Source: Squalus acanthias
Lineage: Eukaryota
Length of the DNA stretch: 64,000 nucleotides
Assembly: GCA_030390025.1 (NCBI GenBank)
Contig: CM059432.1
Location: 44,766,001-44,830,000 of the forward strand
Reading direction: 5' to 3'
The notes beneath the pieces were generated by a model. That model worked only from the letters and a program-made list of their open reading frames with translations. It was not told the DNA's origin and searched no databases. Of this stretch, positions 36,001 through 47,088 are shown one piece after another. A program made the translations under genes and the position numbers. Positions within the stretch are counted from its first letter, which is position 1; every line of letters starts with the position of its first letter.

Positions 36001-38013
36001 GGATTTCCAAAATGCATTCGATAAGGTGCCACATAAAAGATTATTACATAAGATTAGGGCTCATGGGGTTAGGGGTAATATAATAGCATGGAAAGAGGAT
36101 TGGTTAACGGACAGAAAGCAGAGAGTAGGACTAAACGGATCTTTTTCAGGTTGTCAGGCTGCAACTAGTGGGGTGCCACAAGGATCAGTGTTGGGGCCTC
36201 AGCTATTTATAATCTATATTAATGACCTAGATGAAGGGACAGAGTGTAATGTATCCAAGTTTGCTGATGATACAAAGCTAGGTGGGACAGCTATGAGGAG
36301 AACACCATGGGGTCGATTTTGTCAATGGGGACGTGATGGAGGCGGGACTCCCACTTTTTGGGTTGTAGTCCCGCCTCCATCAATTTGTGGCCAACCCACG
36401 CTACTTTCCCTTGATTGACCTTGTTAAGCCCGCCCAGCGGGCTCAGCAGGCCAATTACTGGTGACGTCAGCGATTGACATTTCATCTGTCAAGAGCTTTT
36501 GACAGATGAAATATCAGCGTTTGACAGCTCTGTGAAGCTGTCAAACACTGACAATCTGTCTTCTAACTTGAGTCCTTCTACTCAGACTCAGTTAGAGAGC
36601 TCTCCAGACCAGAAAGCAGAGGCTGCAGCTTTTGACAGCTCAGTGGCCATTCTGCTTTCTGTGCCGGTGAGCTGAGGGACTCCCGAGAACTGAAGGGAGG
36701 AAGCCTGGAGGAGAAAGTAAAGGTAAGTAAAACTTATTAAAACACTTTACACACACCAAACACACTTACCTCTGCACTCATGCACCCATCACTCACTTGT
36801 ACACCGGACATCTCGACCCCTCCAAGCCCTGCAGACCGACGGTCCGCCTCGCTAACTTGGCGTGGTTTGGAGCCGTCGGGCAGCCCACACTTCAGGGCTA
36901 AAAATAGGGATTAGCCAAAAAACTGCCTGTTAACTACCTGTTAACAGGCAGCTAATTGGCACTAATCCCCTTCCAGCCTTGGGGAGGCAGCTCCCAGCAC
37001 AGGTCGGGTACCCGCCTCCTGGGATATTGGCATGGAGGCGGGTTGGGGGCGGGATGGGTACGTGCCCCAGAATCTGCAATTTTCCCACCTCTCCCGCCTC
37101 CAAACCCGCCTCCACGGGGCTTGGAAATTCGAGCCCAAAGAGTCTGCAAAGGGATATAGATAGACTAAGTGAGTAGGCAGTAAAGTGGCAGATGGAGTAT
37201 AATGTAGGGAAATGTGAGGTTATTCACTTTGGTAGGAAGAATAGAAAAACAGAATATTTTTTAAATGGGGAAAAACTTTCAAATGTTGGTGTTCAGAGAG
37301 ATTTAGGTGTCCTCGTGCAAGAAACACAGAAAGCTAGTATGCAGGTACAGCAAGCAATAAGGAAGGCAAATGACATGTTGGCCTTTATTGCAAGGGGTTT
37401 GGAGTATAAGAGTAAGGAAATCTTGCTACAATTGTACAGGGCCTTGGTGAGACCACACCTGGAGTACTGTGCACAGTTTTGGTCTCCTTATCTAAGGAAG
37501 GATATACTTGCCTTGAAGGCAGTGCAACGAAGGTTCACTAGATTGATTCCTGGGATGAGAGGGCTGTCCTGAGATGAGAGATTGTGTAGAATGGGCCTAT
37601 ACTTTCTGGAGTTTAGAAGAATGAGAGGTGATCTCATTGAAACATACAAGATTCTGATAGGGATTGACAGGGTAGATGCTGAGAGGTTGTTTCCCCTGGC
37701 TGGAGTGTCTAGAACTAGGGGGCATAGTCTCAGGATAAGGGGTAGGCCATTTAAGACTGAGATAAGGAGGAATTTGTTCACTCAGAGGGTTGTGAATCTT
37801 TGGAATTCTCTGCCCCAGAGGGCTGTGAATGCTGAGTCTTTGAGTATATTCAAGGCTGAGATAGATAGATTTTTGGACACTAGGGGAATCAAAGGATATG
37901 GAGATCGGGCGGGAAAGTGGAGTTGAGGTGGATGATCAGCCATGATCTTATTGAATGGCGGAGCAGGCTCAAGGGGCCGTATGGCCTACTCCTGCTCTTA
38001 TTTCTTATGTTCT
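33020..38013 (+). mobile_element. Near full-length but inactivated CR1 LINE (ORF1 33181-34140 with a stop at 33496; ORF2 ~34193-37926 with stops and frameshifts)
   Basis: MAGQVVCRNCSMWE, GDS, CLPGA, DGLHL; APE and RT motifs including FADDTK; tail TTTCTTATGTTCT. Confidence 0.95.
36309..37136. mobile_element. Harbinger-type MITE (TGACA-hairpin family) inserted in the CR1 RT
   Basis: Ends GGGGTCGATTTT and GAAATTCGAGCCC; highly similar to 60373-61215; CR1 coding resumes on both sides. Confidence 0.88.
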
Positions 38014-38109
38014 AATGGGCGCCATTAAGGGAAAGTCTCTCTGAGGAGTGGGATGAAAAGAAGAACGGGGTCCCGACCCACCACGCTGACCGCCCGCACC
38101 CGATCCACA

Positions 38110-38792
38110 TGTACCTGCATGTTAACTTTCAGTGATTTGTGGAGAAGGACACCCAGGTCCCTCTGAACACCAACTCTCACCATTTAAAAAATACTCTGCT
38201 TTTCTATTTTTCCTACCAAAGTGGATAACTTCACATTTCTCCACTTTATATTCCATTTGCCATGTTCTTGCCCACTCACTTAGCCTATCTATATCCCCTT
38301 GAAGCCTCCTTGTATCCTCCTCACAACTTACATTCCCACCCAGCTTTGTCATCATAGACAAACTTGGATATATTACATTTGGTCCCCTCATCCAAATAAT
38401 TGATGTAGATTGTGAATAGCTGAGGCCCAAGCATTGATCCTTGCGGTACCCCACTAGCCAACCCGAAAATGACCCGTTTATTCCTACTCTCTGTTTTCTG
38501 TCCGTTAACCAAGCCTCAATCCATGCTAGTATATTACCCCCAATCCCATGAGCCCTAATTTTGTTTAATAACCTCTTGTTTGGCACCTTATCGAATGCCT
38601 TCTGAAAATCCAAATACACCACATCCACTGGTTCCCCCTAATCTATTCTGCTAGTTACAATCTCAAAAAACTCTAACAGACTTGTCAAATACGATTTCCC
38701 TTTCATAAATCTGTGTTGACTCTGCCCAATCCTATTATTATTTTCTAAGTGCCCTGTTACCACGTCCTTAATAATAGATTCTAGCATTTTCC
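38110..38792 (-). mobile_element. CR1 RT internal fragment
   Basis: [37 protein letters not shown]. Confidence 0.92.
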
Positions 38793-39083
38793 CTCCTACT
38801 GACGAAGGAGGAAGAAGAGGAGGAGGAGGAGGAGGAAGAAGGGAGGAGGCTGGCAGCAATCCCCATTCTGGACAGGCTGTCCGTGAGTGCCTCATCAGAC
38901 TCCGGTTCCAATGAATGAAACCCCAGATCCCCATTGCTCAATAGTTACCCACATTACCATCCCTCTGTCACGGAACATCACAGCATCTTCTTGGGCACAA
39001 AGCTGAAATGAAAGCCATCACAAATCATACATTCCAAACATAATTTATAAATGATTATTTTGAATCATAAATAACAATGTCAA

Positions 39084-41100
39084 CTAATCACCCTTGTGCA
39101 TTCCCTTAGTGTCTGTCTTTCGTATTCCTTTGCCTATTCTACTGCACCTACGAAGTGCTACCCCAATGGCTGCAGCATGGCTGGTGGAAGGCTGCTGACT
39201 TAATGTGGGAGACACTGCAGATGACCTTGGAGGACGACATTCAGCAGCTCTGGGCCTAGAAGGCCCGGCTGTAGACTGCACCACCTTGTATGGGTGGCAG
39301 CAGTCTGGGCTGGCTGGCTGACAGGCAGCAGCAAGAGCTCTGGCGGAGTGGCAGTGGTGGGAGTACGAATGCTGTCCTCCTGAGAGAGGACAGCAGGCTC
39401 TTGCTCCATGGAGCCACTGCCAGTCCCCCGGGACGGCACCTCAGCATTTCTAGCCAGTTGTTGGAGGACAGATTGCTGAACTGCTGTGAGACCCTGCAAG
39501 CCCCTTTCCACAGTTGTAAACCCAGCCATGATGGCAGCAAGCTGAGCTTGCCTGGCAGTAAGCTGAGACTGCATGACAGCAGTCTGAGCTTCCACTGTAG
39601 CACTCAAACGTTGGGTCGCTTCCGTTTGTGCTGCAATGGAAGCTGCGACATTGCACATCACACCCAGCATCATGGCTGGGTCCACAAATGTTATAATGGA
39701 GTTGCCCATCACTTCCATCCTGGAAATCGTGGGCTCCAAGCTCCGCGCAAAGCCCCGTACAATGTTGGACTCCTCCATGCTCCTTGACACTGACAAGAGA
39801 CTCTCTGGCAGGCTTTCCATTGCATCAAACATTTCTGTGTGCATGCTCATCACCCTTCTTCCGAAGGCTGCCCCTTTGAAATCCTCATCTGAGTCCTGTG
39901 CAGCAGAACTCATATGCGAACTTGCCCTCTGGGGATGTGGCACCTGAGCTACCCTTTCCCCGGCCTGGCTGCAGCCCACTTGTGCCCGGTGACTCACCAC
40001 ATGAAGATCCCACTTCTGTACTATCCTCTAAAGCTCGCGCAGTGCCATTTTCTGAGTGTCAGATCGAGTGATGGTGCCTCTTCTTCTCCATCACATTCCT
40101 CCTCTAGTTGTTCATGGACTGGCTGGGCTGGTGGATGTTCTTGGGTCTCTGAACGGAGATAGGCACAATGGGTCGAGTTGTGGTGAGGGGAGCGGGGAAA
40201 AGCAAGATGTGCATCTTACACCATCAGCAGCTGGTAAGTGAGAAGAGATTGTGGGATGAGGGGGAAGTGGGATGTGAGAAGAAGGATTAGGCATGGGCAT
40301 ACCGTCATCATCAATACTTTCAACCTCGCCGCTCACCACGGCCTCAGTGATGGCCCCTCCAATTATCTGCAGCACCGTCTCCTCTAGCGCAGTAAGGTTG
40401 TGCAGATGTGCTTCACACCCGCCTGTCTGCTGCTGATGCCGGTTGTGAGGCACCTTGGCCTGCAAGAGAAAGAGAGGCATGTCAGTGAGTGTGGTGAAAT
40501 GTGTTTGGGTGATGTGCCTGGCATGGTTGAATAGCTGACATTATGTGCAAGATGTGAGATATGGGCGTGAGGCTTGCAGCAGTGATAATTGTGTGAGGGT
40601 GAGGTGAAACTATGGTTGTGAGGTACGAGCCGTGATTGCTAGAGATTGTTGGTAGGTGAGTGATGGCGGTGTCGATATGGAGATCGGGCGGGAAAGTGGA
40701 GTTGAGGTCGATGATCAGCCATGATCTTATTGAATGGCGGAGCAGGCTCGAGGGACCATATGTCCTACTCCTTCTCCTATTTCTTATGTTCTTATTGAGC
40801 AGTGTGTGAGGCTAGTGGTGCAGTTGGTGGCATATGGCATTTGAAGATGCATTCACTCACCTTGATCACTCTTGTCAGATCATTAAACTTCTTGCGGCAC
40901 TGGATCCAGGTCCTGGCAACAACACTGCTGACACTGACGGCTTGCGCTATCTCCTCCCACTGACTTCTCATGTTCTGTCTCGAAGGCCTCCTGACCCCTA
41001 TGGGTGGAAGACCTGTCTTCTTCTGTATACCCCCTGAACCAAAACCTCCAGTGCTGCATCTGAGAAGTGAGGTGCTCTTTCTCCCCCCTGTTGTGACATT
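39084..41100 (-). pseudogene. Harbinger Myb/SANT-like gene, 3 exons (~41100-40861, 40459-40303, 40148-39084)
   Basis: Donor AAG|GTGAGT, acceptor TTGCAG|GCC, donor ACG|GTATG, acceptor TTCAG|AGA; coiled-coil-like Q/A-rich exon 3; basic C-terminus. Confidence 0.75.
40675..40793 (+). mobile_element. CR1 3' terminal fragment within intron 1 of the Myb-like gene
   Basis: Nearly identical to 37895-38013; tail TTTCTTATGTTCTT. Confidence 0.9.
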
Positions 41101-42494
41101 GCTGCAGCTACAGTGACAATGAGGTACTTCTGCAACAAAGCACCTCCCCTTTAAAAAGTGCAGAGAGCCTAGGCAAAATTTCATGGGACAGCAGACTGCA
41201 CCTGATATTGGGGCCCCTGTTGAGCGCTGAGCCAGTTAGCAGTGCGTTTAGCGCTGAGCTCAGCGCTCCAATAATTATAATGGGCAGGCAGCATGAATTT
41301 TACGTGCTGCCTGCGCCACTTTCAACGGGTGCAGATCGCGCATTGCGATCTCCAGGCCCGTTTTCGGGCGTAATCCAATTTCACCCCCAATGTCCTTTCA
41401 TTTGGTGCATGGATGGTGGGATAGCTCTTATTTCCTAGGATTAATTTAAAAAGCTTGCACTCCTGGTGAGGATCCCTGTCTAGCAGAACACTGTGGTTAT
41501 GAGCTCCTTACTCGTCAAGCTTCCCACTGTGAATGCACATTCGTGAAATCAACACTTTAATATCATTCACTCATTTTACTGGACAAGAAGAATAGGGAGA
41601 GAACAGCACTAAGAGCCATCACAATCAACAAAGTCGGTCATAAATGGAGGAAGTATCCATGATAGGATCAGAATCACATGATTGTATTCTGTGCAATCAA
41701 ACTATCCTCATTTTTCCCAGTACTGTATGTGGGGCAGCCAGTTAAGCATGGTGCTTAATAGCCTTACTGATACACATGGTGAAGAGAACTACGAGAGATG
41801 AACTTCTGATGGAATTAGATCTGCCCAGTTTCAAGTTATAAGAATTTCTATATTGTGTATTTTATATGACTTCATAACTAGGCCTAGGCGCTGGGATTTT
41901 TAAAATGGAAGCCATGGCAGCTGTGTCTGTTCGGAATTCCTTTTTCTTCATATGAAGGCTTGAGTGCAATGTAGTCCACACCTGCCTGTCTGGACTGGAC
42001 TTTGATATTCAAAAGGGATGCCCTGTCTTTGCTTACTGTAAACTGTCCATCAGATCAAAATTGGTTTGATTATTTCTTAGGCAATGTTGCAAGTTTGCAG
42101 TCGCAAGTTTGCCACTGCAAGAAAGAGACAGAGGCTGGGAAATTCCTTGGAGCTGCCCCTGTTCCGCCCCCATTATTTCACTGGAAGTGCAGCAGAAGCC
42201 CAATAGGGGTCTACGAGACAGCTCTTGTGTCTTTAAAATCGGATTTGATTGACATCTCTTAGAGGCCTGTTAATCTGAGGATACATATGAGAATAGTTGG
42301 CCAATGCTTTAGTTCACTAGGCCGAATTGCATATCTAAGTCGCTGCAGCTAGCAGGAACACTGTGCAGGCTGAGGTATGTCCCCAGTAAAATTATTAAAC
42401 AATGATAACAAATTTAAAATGCTTTGTTTCACTGTCTTAAAAAACAGTTTCAAAGTATAGATGAGAATTAAGGACGATTGCTATTACCCGCTGA

Positions 42495-43605
42495 TTTATT
42501 TATTTATATAGCACCTTTGACAACCTCAAGACGTCCCAAAACATTTTATAGTCAATAAAGTACTTTTGAACTGTAGTCGCTGCTGTAATGTCAGGAAACA
42601 CGGCAGCCAATGTGCACACAGCAAGATCCCACAAACAGCGATGAGATCACTGATACTGTTTGAATTATCAAATACCGGCCAGTACACCAGGAGGACACAT
42701 CTGCTCTTCTTCAAATAGTGCCATGGGACCTTTTAGATCCACCTGAGAGGGCAGAGTTTGTAATCTCGGGGGGAAAATTGAGTCGCGCCCCCTTTGGGGC
42801 GCTAACTTCGCCGGGGTGCTAAAAAATTAGCGCCCCCGTGGCTGAAATTCATTGGTAGCGCCCCAAGAAGGAAGCGGGGTGCTACTGGCACATCACGCCG
42901 CGGTACTGCAGGCCTTCCTCCCCTTCTTAAAGGGGAGGGGCCTTGCGCAGCGCGACCTGGGGCCCAGCTGGGCCACCAGGGATTGGAGTGCCGGCAAAAG
43001 AGCCCGGCACCCAAGAGAAGTGCCGGGCTCACGGAGCGCAGCTGGCACTCCGTGGTGGGGCTTGTCAGGAGGCCCGGGACGGCAACAGGGGCAGGTGCTG
43101 GCAAGCGACCAGCAACAAAAATGGCCGCCCGGCACCTTGCCTTTAATTGGCGCTGCCCCTGCCGCAGGTAGGCCCCCCTGACCCCGTCGGACATAGCGTC
43201 CGGCGGTAAGTCAGGGGGCGCTACTGAAGATCGCGGCCGGGGCGCGAGTGGGGTGCTGCGCACGGTGAATGCGGCATCGCCGGCGGCGCAACGCCATGGG
43301 GCGCTAACGGTTACCGCTGCCGCTAACCTCCCGCTGAATTTCGCGGCAGACATTGGAGGCACCGCGCCCGGGCGCTAGTTGCTTTGCGCCCCGTTAGTGC
43401 CCTCTCAGGGCGCTAACGGGAGGCACAAAGCAACCGAATTTTTAGGCCCTCATCTAAAAGACAGCACCTACTATAATGCAGCACTCTTTCAGTACTGCAT
43501 TGATGTATCAACCTAGATTATGTGCTCAAATCTCTGGAGTGGGGCTTGAACCCATTACGTTCTAACTCAGAGGTGAGAGTGCTACCACTGGGCCAGGGCT
43601 GACAC
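42495..43605 (-). mobile_element. tRNA-derived Deu-domain SINE (SacSINE1-like), interrupted by a MITE
   Basis: Minus strand: A-box GGCCCAGTGGTAGC, B-box GGGTTCAAGCCCC, Deu-like core GATCTAAAAGGTCCCATGGCACTATTTGAAGAAGAGCAG, L2-like tail GCTATATAAATAAAT. Confidence 0.8.
42768..43448. mobile_element. GC/CpG-rich Harbinger-type MITE related to 2091-2983
   Basis: Shared subterminals (GTCGCGCCCC..TTTGGGGCGC; TTTGCGCCCC.TTAG..CCCTCT..GGCGCTAACGGGAGGC); TSD CTC (42765-42767 and 43449-43451). Confidence 0.85.
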
Positions 43606-45387
43606 CTAAATATGATTTAGCATTTTCAGCCTGTCAGTGTGGTAGTTTTTCAACCTTTAGAGTGATCAACAGTGTGTGTGATGGCATCTAATACTGTTTC
43701 CAATGTATAAACTGTTGAACATCCTGAGGTATGTTATTCCATATACTTCAAGAATTAGTTTAAGTTTCAGTTTTTAAGAAGTGTGGCTTTACCTATGGAA
43801 GTTGACTTTTACGCTGAGCTTGAATAAAAGCTTTTGGAAAGAAGCACAAATTTTAACAGTGGTGACTTTTGCGTTCTCCATGAGCTGTAACTAAAATAAA
43901 CTGATTAGGACCTAGCGCATTGTGATTTAGGACAGTCGAGGATAATAGAATATACATGTGATAAGGAAATATGAGCTCCTGAAATACAGGTAATAACAGA
44001 ATAAAACACAGAGGTATAAAGCTGTCTGCTGTTCAAGTACATTTTATCTCATTTTAGTTCAATTTAGATATTTCCATGATAAGGCTACTGCTCAGTCAAG
44101 AAGATAATCTGGACATGGAATTAAAAAGGAAGCCTCAGGAAATTCCATAAGTCTTCTTTCTAATCCATATAACTGCTGACTGATAAAAAAGGTTTTTGCT
44201 CCAACTTTTCTCTTCACCCTCTGAACATTTAAGCACATAAATCTTATCAGCAGTTATGATCACTCATCTTCACGTATAACCGTTTCTCGTGTGCCCGCAC
44301 ATTTGTGAGAACCTGAAGATTTATTTTGGATCTGCTGATTATCATTTCATGAATTAATGACACATTCGGCCATACCCAGAGGGGAAAAAAAAATTCAGCA
44401 TTGAAGAGCCCTCAGGAAATATGTGACACACCCGGAATTGAGCCATCATCATAATGGTGTGGCGCTAGATTTTGTGCATAGAAGGTATATAATAATACAA
44501 TCTCTAATTACAATCTATTCTTATCCAACCCAGCTCTTTCCCATTTGACAGGTTCAGCAAAGGCTGTTAATATCCTATTGATCTGATCATTCATTTTGGA
44601 AACCATCTACAGCTGAATATTACAGCCGAGCACAAATAATCATGGCTAGAAGAACATCCAGTTAAAAATCGTGATCCTGAGTAACACTGAGCAATTCAGG
44701 AGATATTCATGATAGGCAAGCAGTGTTGTCATGGTATTTTATATCTGCTGAAAGCTGAAATGCAATTCATTCCCACTCAATTCTCAGCTGCCAGCCACTA
44801 GGGATATTGTAATATGATTTAATTTAAACAAAGACTTTCAAAGCTTTCCACTGTTAAATAGCAGAGAGAAGCTGGACTCAGTGAAGTTAGTGGCAAGCCA
44901 AACATTTAGATGAGAAAATCCAGTATCTTAATGTGGAAATCGTCATGCCAATCGCAAAATTGCAGAAGATTATATTTTACCCTTTGTCTGTGAATGAAAA
45001 ATGGCTATGATTTGTTACCTGGAAGTCTCCATGGAAGATTTTGGAATCATAGAAATTTTAATATAGAAGGAGACCATTTGACCCATTATGCCTGTGCCAA
45101 TGCTAACTCCACTTGAGAGCTATTCTCCAATCCAATTTAACTGCTTTCTCCATATCATTTAATATTTTCCTTTTCAAGTGTTTATTTAGTTCCTTCTTAA
45201 ATGCCATGATCCAAAAGCCATTTGCAGTAAAAATTCTATATTCTCATGACTCAACGTCGATTATTTTTCTAACATCTCCCTTTATGCTTTGGTATTAATG
45301 TCAAACTTATGCCCACTTATTATCAATTCAGTGACTAGTGGAAATAATCTTTCACTATTTACTCCCCCAAACCCCATCTAAATATTC

Positions 45388-45591
45388 GAGAAGTCGCACA
45401 ACACCAGGTTATAGTCCAACAGCTTTATTTGAAATCACAAGCTTTCGGAGCGCTGCTCCTTCATCAGGTGAAGAAAGAAGCAGCGCTCCGAAAGCTTGTG
45501 ATTTCAAATAAAGCTGTTGGACTATAACCTGGTGTTGTGCGACTTCTCACATTTGTCCACCCCAGTCCAACACCGGCATCTCCACATCATG
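45388..45591. mobile_element. Family-2 Penelope-type terminal repeat in inverted tandem
   Basis: Perfect 70-bp inverted arms 45388-45457 and 45479-45548; TSD AAATATTC (45380-45387 and 45596-45603). Confidence 0.85.
45435..45471 (-). ncRNA. Minimal hammerhead ribozyme motif (family 2)
   Basis: UCAC-CUGAUGA-A-GGAGC(AGC)GCUCC-GAAA-GCUU-GUGA. Confidence 0.72.
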
Positions 45592-45715
45592 ATCAAAATA
45601 TTCAGCATTTCTGTTAGATTTCCCCTTAACCTTCTCTGCCTCCAGTGAATACAGCCCCAGTTTTTCATGTCCTTCATCTTAATTATGCCCTCTTATATAT
45701 GGTATCATTCTAATG

Positions 45716-46607
45716 CTCCCTCCGCGACACCCTAGTCCACTCCTCTACCACCCCCAGCACCCCTTCCCCTTCGCCCGGCACCTTCCCGTGCACGCGCAGG
45801 AGATGCAACACATGCCCTTATACCTCCCCTCTTCCCACTGTCCAGGGCCCCAAACACCCCTTCCAGGTGAAACAGCGATTTACTTGTACTTCCTGCAATT
45901 TAGTATACTGTATTCGCTGCTCACGATGTGGACTCCTCTACATTGGGGAGACCAAACGCAGATTGGGTGACCGCTTTGCGGAACACCTCCGTTCAGTCCG
46001 TAAGGGGGACCCCGAGCTCCCGGTGGCCTGTCACTTTAATTCACCGCTTCACTCCCACTCTGACCTCACCGTCCTCGGCCTATTACACTGTTCCACGGAA
46101 GCTCAGCGAAAGCTCGAGGAACAGCACCTCATCTTTCGTTTAGGCACGCTACAGCCCTCTGGACTCAATATCGAGTTCAACAATTTTAGATCATAACCTC
46201 AGCTCCAATCACATTTATATTTTATTTTATCCACCCTTTTATTTGTCCCCCCCCACCTTTTTTTTCCTCCTAGAAGCTGGCAGCTGTCCTTCATTCTGCC
46301 AGTGGATTTCACACTTCATTCAGCCTTAATCTGTCACATTAACACCACCTCTAGCCTTGCATATCTCTTAATGTCTCTTAATGTCTCTTCATCTCTCCTT
46401 TTGTTCCTTTATCCCCTCCCCCTTTTCCCAGCTTTACCCTGGCCTTAAATCTATTTGATTTCCGGCTCTTCCCAGTTCTGATGAAAGGTCATCAACCTGA
46501 AACGTTAACTCTGTTTCTCTCTCCACGGATGCTGCCTGGCCTGCTGAGTTTTTCCAGCGTTTTCTGTTGTTATTTCGGATTTCCAGCATCCGCAGTATTT
46601 TGCTATC
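45716..46607 (+). mobile_element. 5'-truncated Penelope-like element (GIY-YIG C-terminus to 46196, then 3' terminal repeat, family 1)
   Basis: NLVYCIRCSRCGLLYIGETKRRLGDRFAEH...VACHFN...LEEQHLIFRLGTLQPSGLN; flanking duplication GTATCATTCTAATG (45702-45715 and 46608-46621). Confidence 0.93.
46474..46510 (+). ncRNA. Minimal hammerhead ribozyme motif (family 1)
   Basis: AGUU-CUGAUGA-A-AGGU(CAUCA)ACCU-GAAA-CGUU-AACU. Confidence 0.72.
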
Positions 46608-47088
46608 GTATCATTCTAATGAATCTATCTTGCACCTTTTTCATGGTTTCAATATTGTTTCTACTATAGGGGTGCTCAAAGCGGTACAGATTACTCCAAC
46701 TGTGGCCTACTCAATGTCTCACACAGATTCATCATCACCTGGAAAGGACGTGGCCCTCAACTGTGTTAAGTGTGTATTTTTTCAGCCAAAGCTTGCCTAC
46801 AAGGGGTTATCTTCCAAAGACAGGCAGGTGCTGGGTTGTGTACTGATAGTTGGATGAATGGAAATTACAATGCAAGATGGGAAGTTGTTTCTCTCAGAGA
46901 CCCAAATATTGGGCAATTCATTAGCCATGTTTGAGTATTCAGAAAGATACTTTGCACATCGGATTTACGGACCTTTTTGATCCTTTTGGGAGCTGCGAGA
47001 GAAGCTTTTAAAAAATCAGAGCACAAACACCTGGGGTGGGGGGGTGGGGGGGGGGGGAGGGGCGGGTGGTGGGGTAAGGGGGGAGGAG

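Larger units (their letters stand above)
18206..38108. mobile_element. Harbinger DNA transposon (originally autonomous), expanded by nested CR1, Gypsy, Penelope and MITE insertions; right end approximate or truncated
   Basis: Left TIR-like GGCTGGAATTTTC; transposase on +; convergent Myb/SANT gene on - (32869 to ~20275); subterminal-like GC motifs resume at 38014-38108 after the second CR1. Confidence 0.7.
38797..41388. mobile_element. Second Harbinger element, left-truncated: transposase C-terminal tail on +, Myb/SANT gene on -, right TIR
   Basis: (GAG)n acidic tail then AVRECLIRLRFQ*; Myb remnant QWEEIAQAVSVSSVVARTWIQCRKKFNDL; terminal AATTTCACCCCC. Confidence 0.8.
45045..46715 (-). mobile_element. 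Old degraded CR1 3' fragment hosting two Penelope-type insertions
   Basis: AATCATAGAA tail at ~45046; similarity to 7240-7800 in the pieces flanking the insertions. Confidence 0.55.

Noticed and set aside
18206..41388. One giant Harbinger bounded by an AAT TSD
   Set aside because: The ends GGCTGGAATTTT and GGGGGTGAAATT match poorly, and two separate Myb genes and transposase tails lie inside, so two elements are more likely.
43530..43600. Genuine tRNA gene
   Set aside because: The A/B boxes run directly into a SINE body and tail; no complete cloverleaf.
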